Below are positions 29,023 to 40,175 of a stretch of DNA of 64,000 bases, piece after piece; the stretch's first letter is position 1; every line of letters begins with the position of its first letter. The stretch covers positions 76,758 to 140,757 of the forward strand of contig JBGUTP010000016.1 in assembly GCA_045133095.1 (NCBI GenBank). The letters are read 5' to 3'. A model generated the notes under the pieces. That model saw nothing but the letters and a program-made list of their open reading frames with translations. It made no database searches and was not told the origin of the DNA. Source of the stretch: Candidatus Enterousia sp. (lineage in GTDB: Bacteria; Pseudomonadota; Alphaproteobacteria; Rs-D84). A program made the translations under genes and the position numbers.

Positions 29023-30288
29023 TTGTTGGCCAATCAATTTATAAATGTTAATCGTAAAAAATACGCGACAGGTCTGTTTTGGCAGCCTGTGGCGGCGGGG
29101 TTCGTTGCGCGAAATTATGCCAGAAATTTAGCAAAAAATGTCGATAGAAAACTGAATCTTTATGTGGAATATCGGGCGATGGTTGGTTTGGGGGCGCGTA
29201 AAGGTGGACAGCGTTCCGGTATGCACAGCGCAGCCGCAGAAGTAATGGAAAGTTTTTCAGAATATACTTCGTTCTTGGCAGTGTTCGAAAATGGAAAAAA
29301 GTTCTATTTAGTTGCGGCGCGTAATGGAATTATTCTGGAAGATAAAGTTTTTGATTCCGAAAGTCAGGCGCGTGATGAATATGTAAAATTGTCTGAAATT
29401 CCTGATTGGGGGGCGTTCTTTGCACCTGGGGCGTGGGGAATGCCGCGTGCCGCAGAAAGAAATCTGGCAGATGTTATAACAGGACGTTCAAAGGCGGTTC
29501 TGCGTTCAATCAGTTATTTAAGAAATGGAATTGTGTCGCTGGTTCTGGTGGGATTGTTTGTGTTGGGATTTGTGTTTTTGTTTCGTGATTCTTTGGTTCA
29601 GATGATGACACCAAGACCTAAGAAGCAAGATTTAAACCCGGAATTGGTCGCGGAATATAAAAGACAAATTGAAGAAAAAAATAAGGAACTGGATAAGCAA
29701 TTCCAAATCGAAAAGGAGTTGCCGCCAGAGCCTATTGTTATGCCATACGAATTGTTGCCAGATGTTCAGGCAAGGGCAAAGTTGTGCTATCAGGCGATTG
29801 GTTTCTTGATGCAGCCTGTGGTTGGTTGGAATCAGGTTTGGGCGGAATGTGGTGAAACACATGCGGTCGCAGAATTTAGGCGTACGTTCGGTACGTTGGG
29901 GGAATTTTATAATGTCGCAGCCGGATTAATGCCAGGTGCGTTTGTGCAGGAAATAAATGATGATACGTTAAGAGTTAGTGCCGCGCTGCCTGAATTAGAA
30001 GTAATGTCCAGCCAGGACGAAAGAGATGTGGAAACAGTAATTCGTGATGTTACAACGGCTTTTCAAGGCGTTGATACAAATGTTGAAACGAATGTCGTGG
30101 TTGATACTTTGACTAATGGTGTCGATGTGGCAGATGTTAATGTGGTCGAAGTAGGGGTGGAATCAAAACTGGTGCCAATGCAGTTTATGAAAGTCTTTGA
30201 AGAATTTGGCGGTGTTTATTTGATGCGGGCTGCATGGGATGTGGCGTCGCGGACCTGGAACTATGAGGTGATAATCTATGCAAAATAA
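29023..30288 (+). CDS. Bitopic inner-membrane protein (cytoplasmic domain-TM-periplasmic domain), putative assembly-platform subunit (PilO(R64)/GspL-like role)
   Basis: A 421-aa protein. It has a cytoplasmic domain of about 170 aa, one TM segment (IVSLVLVGLFVLGFVFLF) and a periplasmic domain of about 225 aa with a coiled-coil. It is the first gene of the operon and apparently uses a TTG start. Confidence 0.4.
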   Translation: MLANQFINVNRKKYATGLFWQPVAAGFVARNYARNLAKNVDRKLNLYVEYRAMVGLGARKGGQRSGMHSAAAEVMESFSEYTSFLAVFENGKKFYLVAARNGIILEDKVFDSESQARDEYVKLSEIPDWGAFFAPGAWGMPRAAERNLADVITGRSKAVLRSISYLRNGIVSLVLVGLFVLGFVFLFRDSLVQMMTPRPKKQDLNPELVAEYKRQIEEKNKELDKQFQIEKELPPEPIVMPYELLPDVQARAKLCYQAIGFLMQPVVGWNQVWAECGETHAVAEFRRTFGTLGEFYNVAAGLMPGAFVQEINDDTLRVSAALPELEVMSSQDERDVETVIRDVTTAFQGVDTNVETNVVVDTLTNGVDVADVNVVEVGVESKLVPMQFMKVFEEFGGVYLMRAAWDVASRTWNYEVIIYAK

Positions 30289-30943
30289 AAAAATGTTGTT
30301 GGGGCTGTTGTGTTGTGGGGCAATGTTTATGTTTAATGCACACGCAGCAGAAGAATTAGAAGTCGAAATTGATATGGAACAGGTGTCGGCAGATGCAGTC
30401 GCAGATTATCAAGTCGAAGGGTCTTTGTTTCAGCAAATTACAGATTTAGAACAGGAAAAAGTTCTGATGCAGTTGGAAAAAGAACGCGCGCAGTTGGACC
30501 TGGAATTGGATAGATTGGCGGCAGAAAAAATTAAACTGCATATGGAAATTGATACGCTGTCTGGACGTGCAGAACAGCAACAGCAGGAAATCGAAACACA
30601 AAAGGCTAAGTTAGAGGCGGAAGCTGCAAGAATCGAACGTGAAAAAGAATCTTGGTTGGCGGATTTAGAAGCAAAAGAAAAAAATAAAGCAAGCGATAAA
30701 AAAGTCGTAGAAGCAAAACCAGAAGTGGATATCACAACTAGATATAGACTGGTTAATGTAATTGGTGCAGGAAATCAATTGCAGGCAACAATCGAGGATT
30801 TAAGCAGCGGACAAAGTAAAAGAATAAGCGTGGGAAGAACATTGGATGGTTTGACCGTGAAATCTATATCTTTGTATGATGGGGTGGTGTTCGAAGCAAA
30901 AGATGGAAGTGTTCAAAATTTGAATGTAAGTAATGGAAAATAA
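30278..30943 (+). CDS. PilP/GspC-HR-like periplasmic coiled-coil protein
   Basis: Signal peptide, a long coiled-coil and a C-terminal beta domain. The C-terminal motif is YRLVNVIGAGNQLQATIEDLSSGQSKRISVGRTLDGLTVKSISLYDGVVFE, matching the PilP pattern YxLxGxxxxGxxxxAxIxxxxGQxxxVxxGxxLxxxxVxxIxxxxV. Confidence 0.5.
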   Translation: MQNKKMLLGLLCCGAMFMFNAHAAEELEVEIDMEQVSADAVADYQVEGSLFQQITDLEQEKVLMQLEKERAQLDLELDRLAAEKIKLHMEIDTLSGRAEQQQQEIETQKAKLEAEAARIEREKESWLADLEAKEKNKASDKKVVEAKPEVDITTRYRLVNVIGAGNQLQATIEDLSSGQSKRISVGRTLDGLTVKSISLYDGVVFEAKDGSVQNLNVSNGK

Positions 30944-30951
30944 TATAAAAA

Positions 30952-32586
30952 ATGGCCAAGGAAAAAGAAGTCTTTGAAAATGTTGTAACAACAGATAAAC
31001 CGTCTGTTCCGGCGGGGTTGGAAAACGCAGAGTCAAAAGATATTATCGATTATTTGTTCGCTAATGGAAACAGGTTGCAGACCGCAACAGGGGCGCCATT
31101 GGAACTGCCGCATGATACGCAGGGGTTGGTTGCATATTTTACCGGTGGTGAAGTTATTATTTCCAGAACACACAGATATGATGGACGTGTGTTGGCGTTC
31201 TTGGATTTGTTGAAAAGACGTGGACGTGTTGTAAGACAGCCTTTTTATTCTGATTTAGGATTGATTTCAAATATCTATAAAACATACGAGATGAGATTAG
31301 GGGGTGGGGCGCGTTCTCGTGTGGATTTTGATAATCAAATGCAAAAGGACTTTGTCGATATTATCGCAAAGGCAGCAGCGCAAAAAGTATCTGATGTACA
31401 CGTAGAGGTCGCAGACCAGACAACTATATATTTTCGTATCGATGGCAGTATGCAGCCGGTGTTGGAATATAATTCACAGTGGGGTGAATCTTTCCTGCGT
31501 GCGGCGTTCGCATCGTCGGATATTTCTAATGCTAACTATGCGGTAAACGAATATCAATCAGCACAGAAAGACGGACGAACACCACTGCGTGGAACCAAGG
31601 ATTTATATTTGCCGTCGGGGGTGCTGGGGGTGCGTATGCAATTCAACCCGATTGCGTTTGGTACACGCTATGCGGTGATGCGATTGCTGTATGATAATCC
31701 GTCCGAAGGAATAAAAATCGAACAAGAGTTCGGACCGTATGAACAAAAAATGCTGGCAAGAATGCGGTCGTTCCCAACAGGATTGGTTATTGTCGCAGGT
31801 CCAACAAGTTCAGGTAAATCAACGACGTTAGTGCGCAATATGTCCTTGATGCTGAAAGAGCGCAATTATGAAATTAATATGATTACTGTGGAAAACCCAG
31901 TAGAACAAAAAATATTTGGCGCACGACAGATGCCAGTTGTTAATACGACTAATGAAGAACAGCGTGAAGAAAAATATGTAGAAGCATTGGCAGCAGCGTT
32001 AAGAAGTGACCCTGATACGTTGATGGTCGGAGAAATTCGTACACTTGCCGCAGCACAGTTGACCGTGCGTGGGGCGTTGTCTGGGCATAATGTGTGGACG
32101 ACGTTGCATGCTAATTCTGCAATGGCGGCGTTGACAAGATTGCTGGATTTGGGAATCGAACCGTTCAAATTAAAAGAAGAAACACTGATGCGTGGGTTGG
32201 TGTCAATGCGACTGTTTAAAAAAGTTTGCCCACATTGCCGTGAACCGTTGATGAATCATCCAGAACGTGGGGCATATCGTCGCGTGATGGATGCATATGG
32301 TGAATTAGGATTAAGACAGGTTTATCAACGTGGCGCAGGATGCAGTCATTGCAAAGGTTCAGGACATATGGGGCGTATCAAAGCAGGCGAGATTATTATT
32401 ACTAATAGTGAATTTTTGAGATTGGCTTTGTCCGGGAATACAGATGCGGCGGTGCGGTACTGGATGGAAGAAATGGATGGACGCACGTTAAAAGAAGCCG
32501 CGGCGGCGTTGATGCTGAAAGGAGTGGTGGATATTGACGAACTGGAAAGATGGGTCGGGTATGTTGATGAACCGGGGGCGTACTGA
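30952..32586 (+). CDS. GspE/PilB/TcpT-family secretion ATPase with tetracysteine zinc finger
   Basis: Walker A VAGPTSSGKSTT, Asp box, Walker B LMVGEIR, His box GHNVWTTLHANSA and a CPHC...CSHC motif. The N-terminal roughly 150 aa is atypical. Confidence 0.85.
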   Translation: MAKEKEVFENVVTTDKPSVPAGLENAESKDIIDYLFANGNRLQTATGAPLELPHDTQGLVAYFTGGEVIISRTHRYDGRVLAFLDLLKRRGRVVRQPFYSDLGLISNIYKTYEMRLGGGARSRVDFDNQMQKDFVDIIAKAAAQKVSDVHVEVADQTTIYFRIDGSMQPVLEYNSQWGESFLRAAFASSDISNANYAVNEYQSAQKDGRTPLRGTKDLYLPSGVLGVRMQFNPIAFGTRYAVMRLLYDNPSEGIKIEQEFGPYEQKMLARMRSFPTGLVIVAGPTSSGKSTTLVRNMSLMLKERNYEINMITVENPVEQKIFGARQMPVVNTTNEEQREEKYVEALAAALRSDPDTLMVGEIRTLAAAQLTVRGALSGHNVWTTLHANSAMAALTRLLDLGIEPFKLKEETLMRGLVSMRLFKKVCPHCREPLMNHPERGAYRRVMDAYGELGLRQVYQRGAGCSHCKGSGHMGRIKAGEIIITNSEFLRLALSGNTDAAVRYWMEEMDGRTLKEAAAALMLKGVVDIDELERWVGYVDEPGAY

Positions 32587-32588
32587 AG

Positions 32589-33659
32589 ATGAATAAATTG
32601 GAATTGTGGTATGCTAAATTAGTCTTTCGGTTAAATACTGAAAAACGTATGGCGATTTGCAGAAAATTGGCTTCGTTGTTGCGGAATGATTTTACGCTGA
32701 TTAATGCGTTGGAACGTTTAGAGATGATTGAATCAAAAAACGGTACAAAGCCAAATGAACCATACGCAATTGCTATGCGTGAATGGCAAAAAAGCCTGGA
32801 ACGAGGTATGAGTTTTTCAGATGCAACGCGTGGTTGGGTGCCACCAGAAGAAACACTGTTGGTGACATCAGGTAATTTGTCTAGTTTGGTTGTTGCACTT
32901 GAAAACGTCGGACGCGTCGTAGATGGAACACAGCGTATCAGACGTGCAATGACAACCGCAGTGGCGTATCCTTTGTTCTTGTTAGCGTTGACGTTCGGAA
33001 TCATTATTATGGTTGGGGTTTATCTGGTGCCGCCATTGGCAGAAGTTGCAGGGTCGCAAATTGTATGGCAGGGAACAGCCCGGTCTTTGATATGGGTGTC
33101 TGATATTTCAATAAAATACTGGTATTGGTTCTTGGTGGTTTTTGCAGGTGTCGTTGGGATTATATGGTTGTCTTTGCCAAGATGGTCCGGGCAGCTGAGG
33201 GCAAAATTTGATAAGTTGCCACCGTGGAGCGTTTATAAAATTCAGGTGTCAGTTGGGTGGCTGATGTCGTTGGCGGCAATGGTGAAAACAGGGGTTACAA
33301 TCCCAGATGCTATGCGTATGTTGGCAGATAATGCCAATCGATATCTAAGAAATATATTGGAATCTGCACTGAGGTTTATTGCTAATGGTGATAACTTGGG
33401 GGTGGCGTTGACACACACAAAGCGTAATTTCCCCGATGATGATATTATTGGCGATATTACTATTTACGCAGATATGAATGAATTTGATGATAATTTAAAC
33501 CAGGTCGCAAATGATTATCTTGAAGAGTCTGTACGTAAAATGGAAAAAATTTCTGATACTTTGAACAGTTTGGGGATTTTGCTGGTGTCCGCGATAATTG
33601 CGTGGGTGGTGCTGGGGACGTTCCAGATGCAAGACCAGATTACAAGTGCGCTGTCGTAG
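32589..33659 (+). CDS. GspF/PilC/TcpE-like inner-membrane platform protein
   Basis: A 356-aa protein with two cytoplasmic helical repeats and three TM segments. It carries the AYPLFLLALTFGIIIMVGVYLVPPL (AYPxxxL...P) signature of GspF-family proteins. Confidence 0.7.
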   Translation: MNKLELWYAKLVFRLNTEKRMAICRKLASLLRNDFTLINALERLEMIESKNGTKPNEPYAIAMREWQKSLERGMSFSDATRGWVPPEETLLVTSGNLSSLVVALENVGRVVDGTQRIRRAMTTAVAYPLFLLALTFGIIIMVGVYLVPPLAEVAGSQIVWQGTARSLIWVSDISIKYWYWFLVVFAGVVGIIWLSLPRWSGQLRAKFDKLPPWSVYKIQVSVGWLMSLAAMVKTGVTIPDAMRMLADNANRYLRNILESALRFIANGDNLGVALTHTKRNFPDDDIIGDITIYADMNEFDDNLNQVANDYLEESVRKMEKISDTLNSLGILLVSAIIAWVVLGTFQMQDQITSALS

Positions 33660-33665
33660 AAAAAC

Positions 33666-33750
33666 AAATCTAATGGCATATTTGCTTGTGGTCGGCGCGT
33701 TTATGTAACGGTCGGTACACTGCACTTGCCGACCAGGGCGCATCTATACC
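33666..33750. repeat. Diverged copy of the REP-like palindromic element
   Basis: The left end aaatctaatggcatat matches the aaatctaatggcgtatcta end of the 61.9-kb copies. The core hairpin ggtcggtacact..ccgacc is degenerate. Confidence 0.35.
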
Positions 33751-33754
33751 ATTA

Positions 33755-33775
33755 TTTTTGTTTTTTTTTTTTTTT
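33755..33775. repeat. Homopolymeric T tract (T5 G T15)
   Basis: Seen directly in the convergent intergenic region. Confidence 0.8.
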
Positions 33776-33800
33776 GTTGCTGGGGTATGTGTTATGCTGC

Positions 33801-34370
33801 TTATACCATAAATGGCAGGTTTTCCAGTGTGCCTTCGGCAACGCGGACGTTGACGTCAATCATCATGAAAACAGAATCCGGTGTGCATTGCGCGTGTTCG
33901 GCAAATAGATTGGAATCCAGCAAGTGACTGGTGTTAACAGATAATTTTGTTATCAGGTGGTCGTCGTCTAGCAATGTGTAAATAGGACCAATGTCACGTG
34001 GAGTGTTAGAGCCTATTTCGTGTTCGTTTTGTGGACAACGCAGACCGTCCATTATCGTTTTTACGCGATTGTCAATGTCAGAACGTGGAACACCAACAAT
34101 TTCAGGATGTAACATTTGAATGTCCAGTTCCGCTATTAATTTCAGGTTCGGTGTGATTATTGGATTCCAATCAATGCCACCAACGTGACGGGTGGTAATA
34201 GGGCTTTTGGTCGGGTTGGGTACCATGTACTGGGTCAGGTTGTTCCATGGACTGTGTTCAATTAATTTCTTTAATTGTGGGTGAAATTGCATCCGTATGT
34301 CGGCAATGTGTTGTGCGCGCTTTTTAGGATTAATCAAAATATCGCCAAAATATAATAATTTAAATTTCAT
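33801..34370 (-). CDS. Hypothetical protein (189 aa), coupled to the upstream HTH gene
   Basis: The start ATG lies 1 nt after the stop of the upstream small ORF, with AAAAAGG as SD. I recognise no family. Confidence 0.35.
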   Translation of the reverse strand: MKFKLLYFGDILINPKKRAQHIADIRMQFHPQLKKLIEHSPWNNLTQYMVPNPTKSPITTRHVGGIDWNPIITPNLKLIAELDIQMLHPEIVGVPRSDIDNRVKTIMDGLRCPQNEHEIGSNTPRDIGPIYTLLDDDHLITKLSVNTSHLLDSNLFAEHAQCTPDSVFMMIDVNVRVAEGTLENLPFMV

Positions 34371-34371
34371 G

Positions 34372-37146
<2,775 letters not shown>

Positions 37147-37264
37147 TAAAAGTGGTGCGGGAAACCGCACCATGAATTTATAAGGGGGCGTATTATTACG
37201 GATAATTTTGTTATAAAAGATGATGGTACGATTAGTCGTGAACAAAATCGGGAAAGGAAAATCA

Positions 37265-37558
37265 ATGATGTCAAATTTGCCAAAATTTATTAAACGTGGA
37301 CCAAGTAAAAAAGAAAAATTAATCGATAGAAAGCATGCGTTGCAAAAGCAACTTTCTGATTTCGGTAATAATGTTGGTGAAAGTCAAATCTGGCATATTC
37401 GGGCAGAAATTGAAGCGATAGATAAAAAACTGAAAGAGTTGGATACAGAACAATTTAACAACGGCAGTGATAAGTTAAAAGCCATGATGGACCATCAAAA
37501 TAAGGAAATGACAATCGAACAAATGATGCAATTAATGAAACAAAAACAGGCGGTGTAG
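37265..37558 (+). CDS. Small K-rich coiled-coil protein, unknown
   Basis: Starts at MMSNLPKF with GGAAAGGAAAA as SD. It is the first of three tightly linked ORFs. Confidence 0.3.
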   Translation: MMSNLPKFIKRGPSKKEKLIDRKHALQKQLSDFGNNVGESQIWHIRAEIEAIDKKLKELDTEQFNNGSDKLKAMMDHQNKEMTIEQMMQLMKQKQAV

Positions 37559-37559
37559 A

Positions 37560-37919
37560 ATGATTGAAAGTACAGAACAATGGTTTAGCACATTGGCAGG
37601 ATTGATGGGGCGATTGAGTATGGTTCGACCAGGTGGAAATCCATCGTCATATCAGGTGATGACCCAGATTAAGCAGTTTTTGGTGATAGAAAAAATTGGA
37701 CCAGAAAATCTTAGAAAAGATTTAATCGCGGTGCTGGATGCAAGTATCATGAAAAAAAATGCGAATGAAATCGTAAATCACATGCGCAGTATTATAAAAG
37801 GCTATCAAAATCAGCAATTAAACAAAGGCACAAATGCACTGAAGGAAAAAATGGCAAATATGCAAACCCAGATTTTAACGCCCGAACAGTTGGCGGCAAA
37901 GATGGAGGGGCGCGAATAA
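37560..37919 (+). CDS. Hypothetical protein (119 aa)
   Basis: Tightly coupled to the flanking ORFs. I recognise no family. Confidence 0.3.
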   Translation: MIESTEQWFSTLAGLMGRLSMVRPGGNPSSYQVMTQIKQFLVIEKIGPENLRKDLIAVLDASIMKKNANEIVNHMRSIIKGYQNQQLNKGTNALKEKMANMQTQILTPEQLAAKMEGRE

Positions 37920-38560
37920 TGGATTTCTCGGGTGGGTGGTTTTTTGATTTAGATGCACGGTTGCGGGTGGCAGGATTGGACAGTGATATTCAATCCTTTG
38001 ACGAGATTTTGGAAAACCTGCGAGATAGAAAAATTTATAATCCAGATGAATTTGTGTCGCATTGTGCCTATGTTATTTTGGCAGGTGGATTTTCACAAAA
38101 AACTGCCAAGAAAATTCATGAAAAAATTATGGGTTTTTTACATGTGTCCGGGGCGGATTTTGATGGATTGATTCAGATTTTTAATAATAAAAATAAAATT
38201 AATGCAATTTGTAAAATCTGGGAAAATCGGCATAGTTTGCGCGATGATTATTATAAGTTAGAATCATTGGACGACAGGTTGATGTTTTTGCAAAAACTGC
38301 CGCATGTTGGAAAAATTACCGCAAATCATCTGGCACGAAATCTGGGCGAAGATGTCGTAAAATATGATGTGTGGATTCAGCGATTGGGATGCGTATTTGC
38401 GGGAAAAAATTTGCCAATAGATAATGGTAAATTGTCGCCGGAAATCAAGGCGGCGTGTGATGATATGTTTGCGCATCTGGTAGGGCAGACAGGTTTACCA
38501 CGTGGGTATATTGATGTGGTTCTGTGGCGTAGCCTGCAACAGGGGTTGATAAAGTTATGA
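37919..38560 (+). CDS. tag: HhH DNA glycosylase, 3-methyladenine glycosylase I (Tag)-like
   Basis: Pattern CAYVILAGGFSQKTAKKIHEKIMGF is similar to Tag LFEMICLEGQQAGLSWITVLKKRENYRACF. HhH motif LPHVGKITANHLARNLG is present. It is coupled to ung. Confidence 0.35.
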   Translation: MDFSGGWFFDLDARLRVAGLDSDIQSFDEILENLRDRKIYNPDEFVSHCAYVILAGGFSQKTAKKIHEKIMGFLHVSGADFDGLIQIFNNKNKINAICKIWENRHSLRDDYYKLESLDDRLMFLQKLPHVGKITANHLARNLGEDVVKYDVWIQRLGCVFAGKNLPIDNGKLSPEIKAACDDMFAHLVGQTGLPRGYIDVVLWRSLQQGLIKL

Positions 38561-39219
38561 ATGTGAAAATTGAACAGTCTTGGAAAGATGCATTAAGTGA
38601 TGAGTTTGATAAAGAATATTTTATCAAATTAACGGACTTTGTGCGTGCAGAATATTTGTCGGGGCAGGCAATCTATCCAGCACCACAGAATATCTTTAAT
38701 GCGTTCAACCTGTGTCCACTGGACAAGGTCAAGGTTGTTATCATCGGTCAGGACCCTTATCATGAACCAGGGCAGGCGCATGGTTTGTGTTTCTCGGTTT
38801 TGCCGCCGACACCAGTGCCACCAAGTTTGAAAAATATCTATAAAGAAATTGAAAATGACCTGGGGCGTCGGTCGGTGACAAGTGGCGATTTGACGTATTG
38901 GGCAAATCAAGGGGTGCTGTTGCTGAATTCTACATTGACGGTGCGGGCGCATCAGGCGGCATCGCATGCAAAGCGTGGGTGGGAACAATTTACAGATGCA
39001 GTTGTGCGGGCGGTGGCAAAAAGAGATAATATTGTCTATATGCTGTGGGGCGGTTATGCCCAGAAAAAGGCAGACTTTGTTGATTTGGAAAAAAATCTGG
39101 TGCTGAAATGTGCGCATCCGTCACCACTGTCGGTGATGCGTGGGTTTTATGGATGTCGGCATTTTAGTAAAGCAAATCAATATTTGGTGCATTGTGGTAA
39201 ATCACCAATTGATTGGTAA
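38557..39219 (+). CDS. ung: Uracil-DNA glycosylase (family 1)
   Basis: Motifs VVIIGQDPYH, the water-activating loop and HPSPLS. Confidence 0.9.
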   Translation: MNVKIEQSWKDALSDEFDKEYFIKLTDFVRAEYLSGQAIYPAPQNIFNAFNLCPLDKVKVVIIGQDPYHEPGQAHGLCFSVLPPTPVPPSLKNIYKEIENDLGRRSVTSGDLTYWANQGVLLLNSTLTVRAHQAASHAKRGWEQFTDAVVRAVAKRDNIVYMLWGGYAQKKADFVDLEKNLVLKCAHPSPLSVMRGFYGCRHFSKANQYLVHCGKSPIDW

Positions 39220-39250
39220 ATGAAAATCCCCAATTTGGGGATTTGTTTGT

Positions 39251-39817
39251 CTAGAAACTGTATGTCAGACCTGCGCCGAAAAACGCGTATGAATTATTTT
39301 CAGGTGCGGTGTTGCCGTTGGAATAATGCTGGGCAAATAATTCAAGGTGGGTACATTCAGATAATCTGTAGCCACTGCCCAGTTTGAAACCGAATAGCAA
39401 TTTTGAACCAATGCGTTCGTTCTGTTGCGCTTGGAAACCGACAGATGCGCCCGTATAAAAATACCAACCGTGACCACTTGCCAGGATTACGTCTTCGGAT
39501 ATGGTTATGATGGGTATTGTGTATTTATCCCAATGCCATCCGCGTGATGTGCCAAAACCAAGTGTCTGGGTCACGTTTAATGATTTGCGTGCCGGCAGAC
39601 GGAAAAATTCAGTGGGTTGAGAATACTGGACGTTAAGCATCGTGAATGGTACCCAACGAACAGGCGCAGGGATTAAAAAACCACTGTCCACGCCCCAGCC
39701 AAAATTGACCGCAACTTGATTTTCATAGCCATTAAAAAATGGGTTTGTGTCCGCCCAGGCAGTTGCCGAAACAGATGAAATAATAAAAGCAGTTATGATT
39801 TTTTTCATAGGGTCCAT
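39251..39817 (-). CDS. Small outer-membrane beta-barrel, PagL-like (lipid A deacylase family?)
   Basis: Signal peptide, a terminal Phe (LTYSF) and a conserved H-x-S-N-G motif (QHYSNGN) as in PagL. Confidence 0.3.
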   Translation of the reverse strand: MDPMKKIITAFIISSVSATAWADTNPFFNGYENQVAVNFGWGVDSGFLIPAPVRWVPFTMLNVQYSQPTEFFRLPARKSLNVTQTLGFGTSRGWHWDKYTIPIITISEDVILASGHGWYFYTGASVGFQAQQNERIGSKLLFGFKLGSGYRLSECTHLELFAQHYSNGNTAPENNSYAFFGAGLTYSF

Positions 39818-39905
39818 GATATCATAAAAGAAGAACGTCTGCAATAGAGTTTATTAAAAACAATAATAATTGTAAATATGAATAAAATCACGCATGTTGT
39901 TTTTC

Positions 39906-39933
39906 TTGCATTTGAAAAAAATGCTGTTATAAT
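39906..39933 (+). promoter_or_regulatory. Sigma70-like promoter for tRNA-Met
   Basis: TTGCAT, a 16-nt spacer and TATAAT, 11 nt upstream of the tRNA 5' end. Confidence 0.5.
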
Positions 39934-39944
39934 CTGTGTCGCTT

Positions 39945-40019
39945 GGCAGCGTAGCTCAGTGGTAGAGCAGAGGAATCATAATCCTTTGGTCGGGGGTCCG
40001 AATCCCTCCGCTGCTACCA
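39945..40019 (+). tRNA. tRNA with CAT anticodon (elongator Met or lysidine-Ile2)
   Basis: Cloverleaf with acceptor GGCAGCG/CGCTGCT (G1-U72), D-arm GCTCAGTGGTAGAGC, anticodon loop ATCATAA, T-arm GGGGGTCCGAATCCCTC and a CCA end. Confidence 0.85.
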
Positions 40020-40022
40020 AAG

Positions 40023-40057
40023 ATTCAACCCCGATTTATTCGGGGTTTAATTTTTGG
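40023..40057 (+). terminator. Terminator after tRNA-Met
   Basis: Hairpin aaccccgatttattcggggtt followed by taattttt. Confidence 0.5.
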
Positions 40058-40175
40058 TATAGTTGTGGCAGATAAGGACCCCAGGGTCCGACAAAAAAGC
40101 AGGTTTTGCAAGTGAAACGCGGCGAAACCGTTGCGATTTGGAAAGGGACCCGCACACAAAGTGTGTGGGAATACA

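Noticed and set aside
40080-40130. Possible SRP (4.5S) RNA domain IV or two-piece tmRNA
   Set aside because: Only a loose GUCCG...AGCAGG resemblance. There is no GGAA tetraloop context or tRNA-like T-arm (GGTTCGAATCC), and I could not build a convincing fold.
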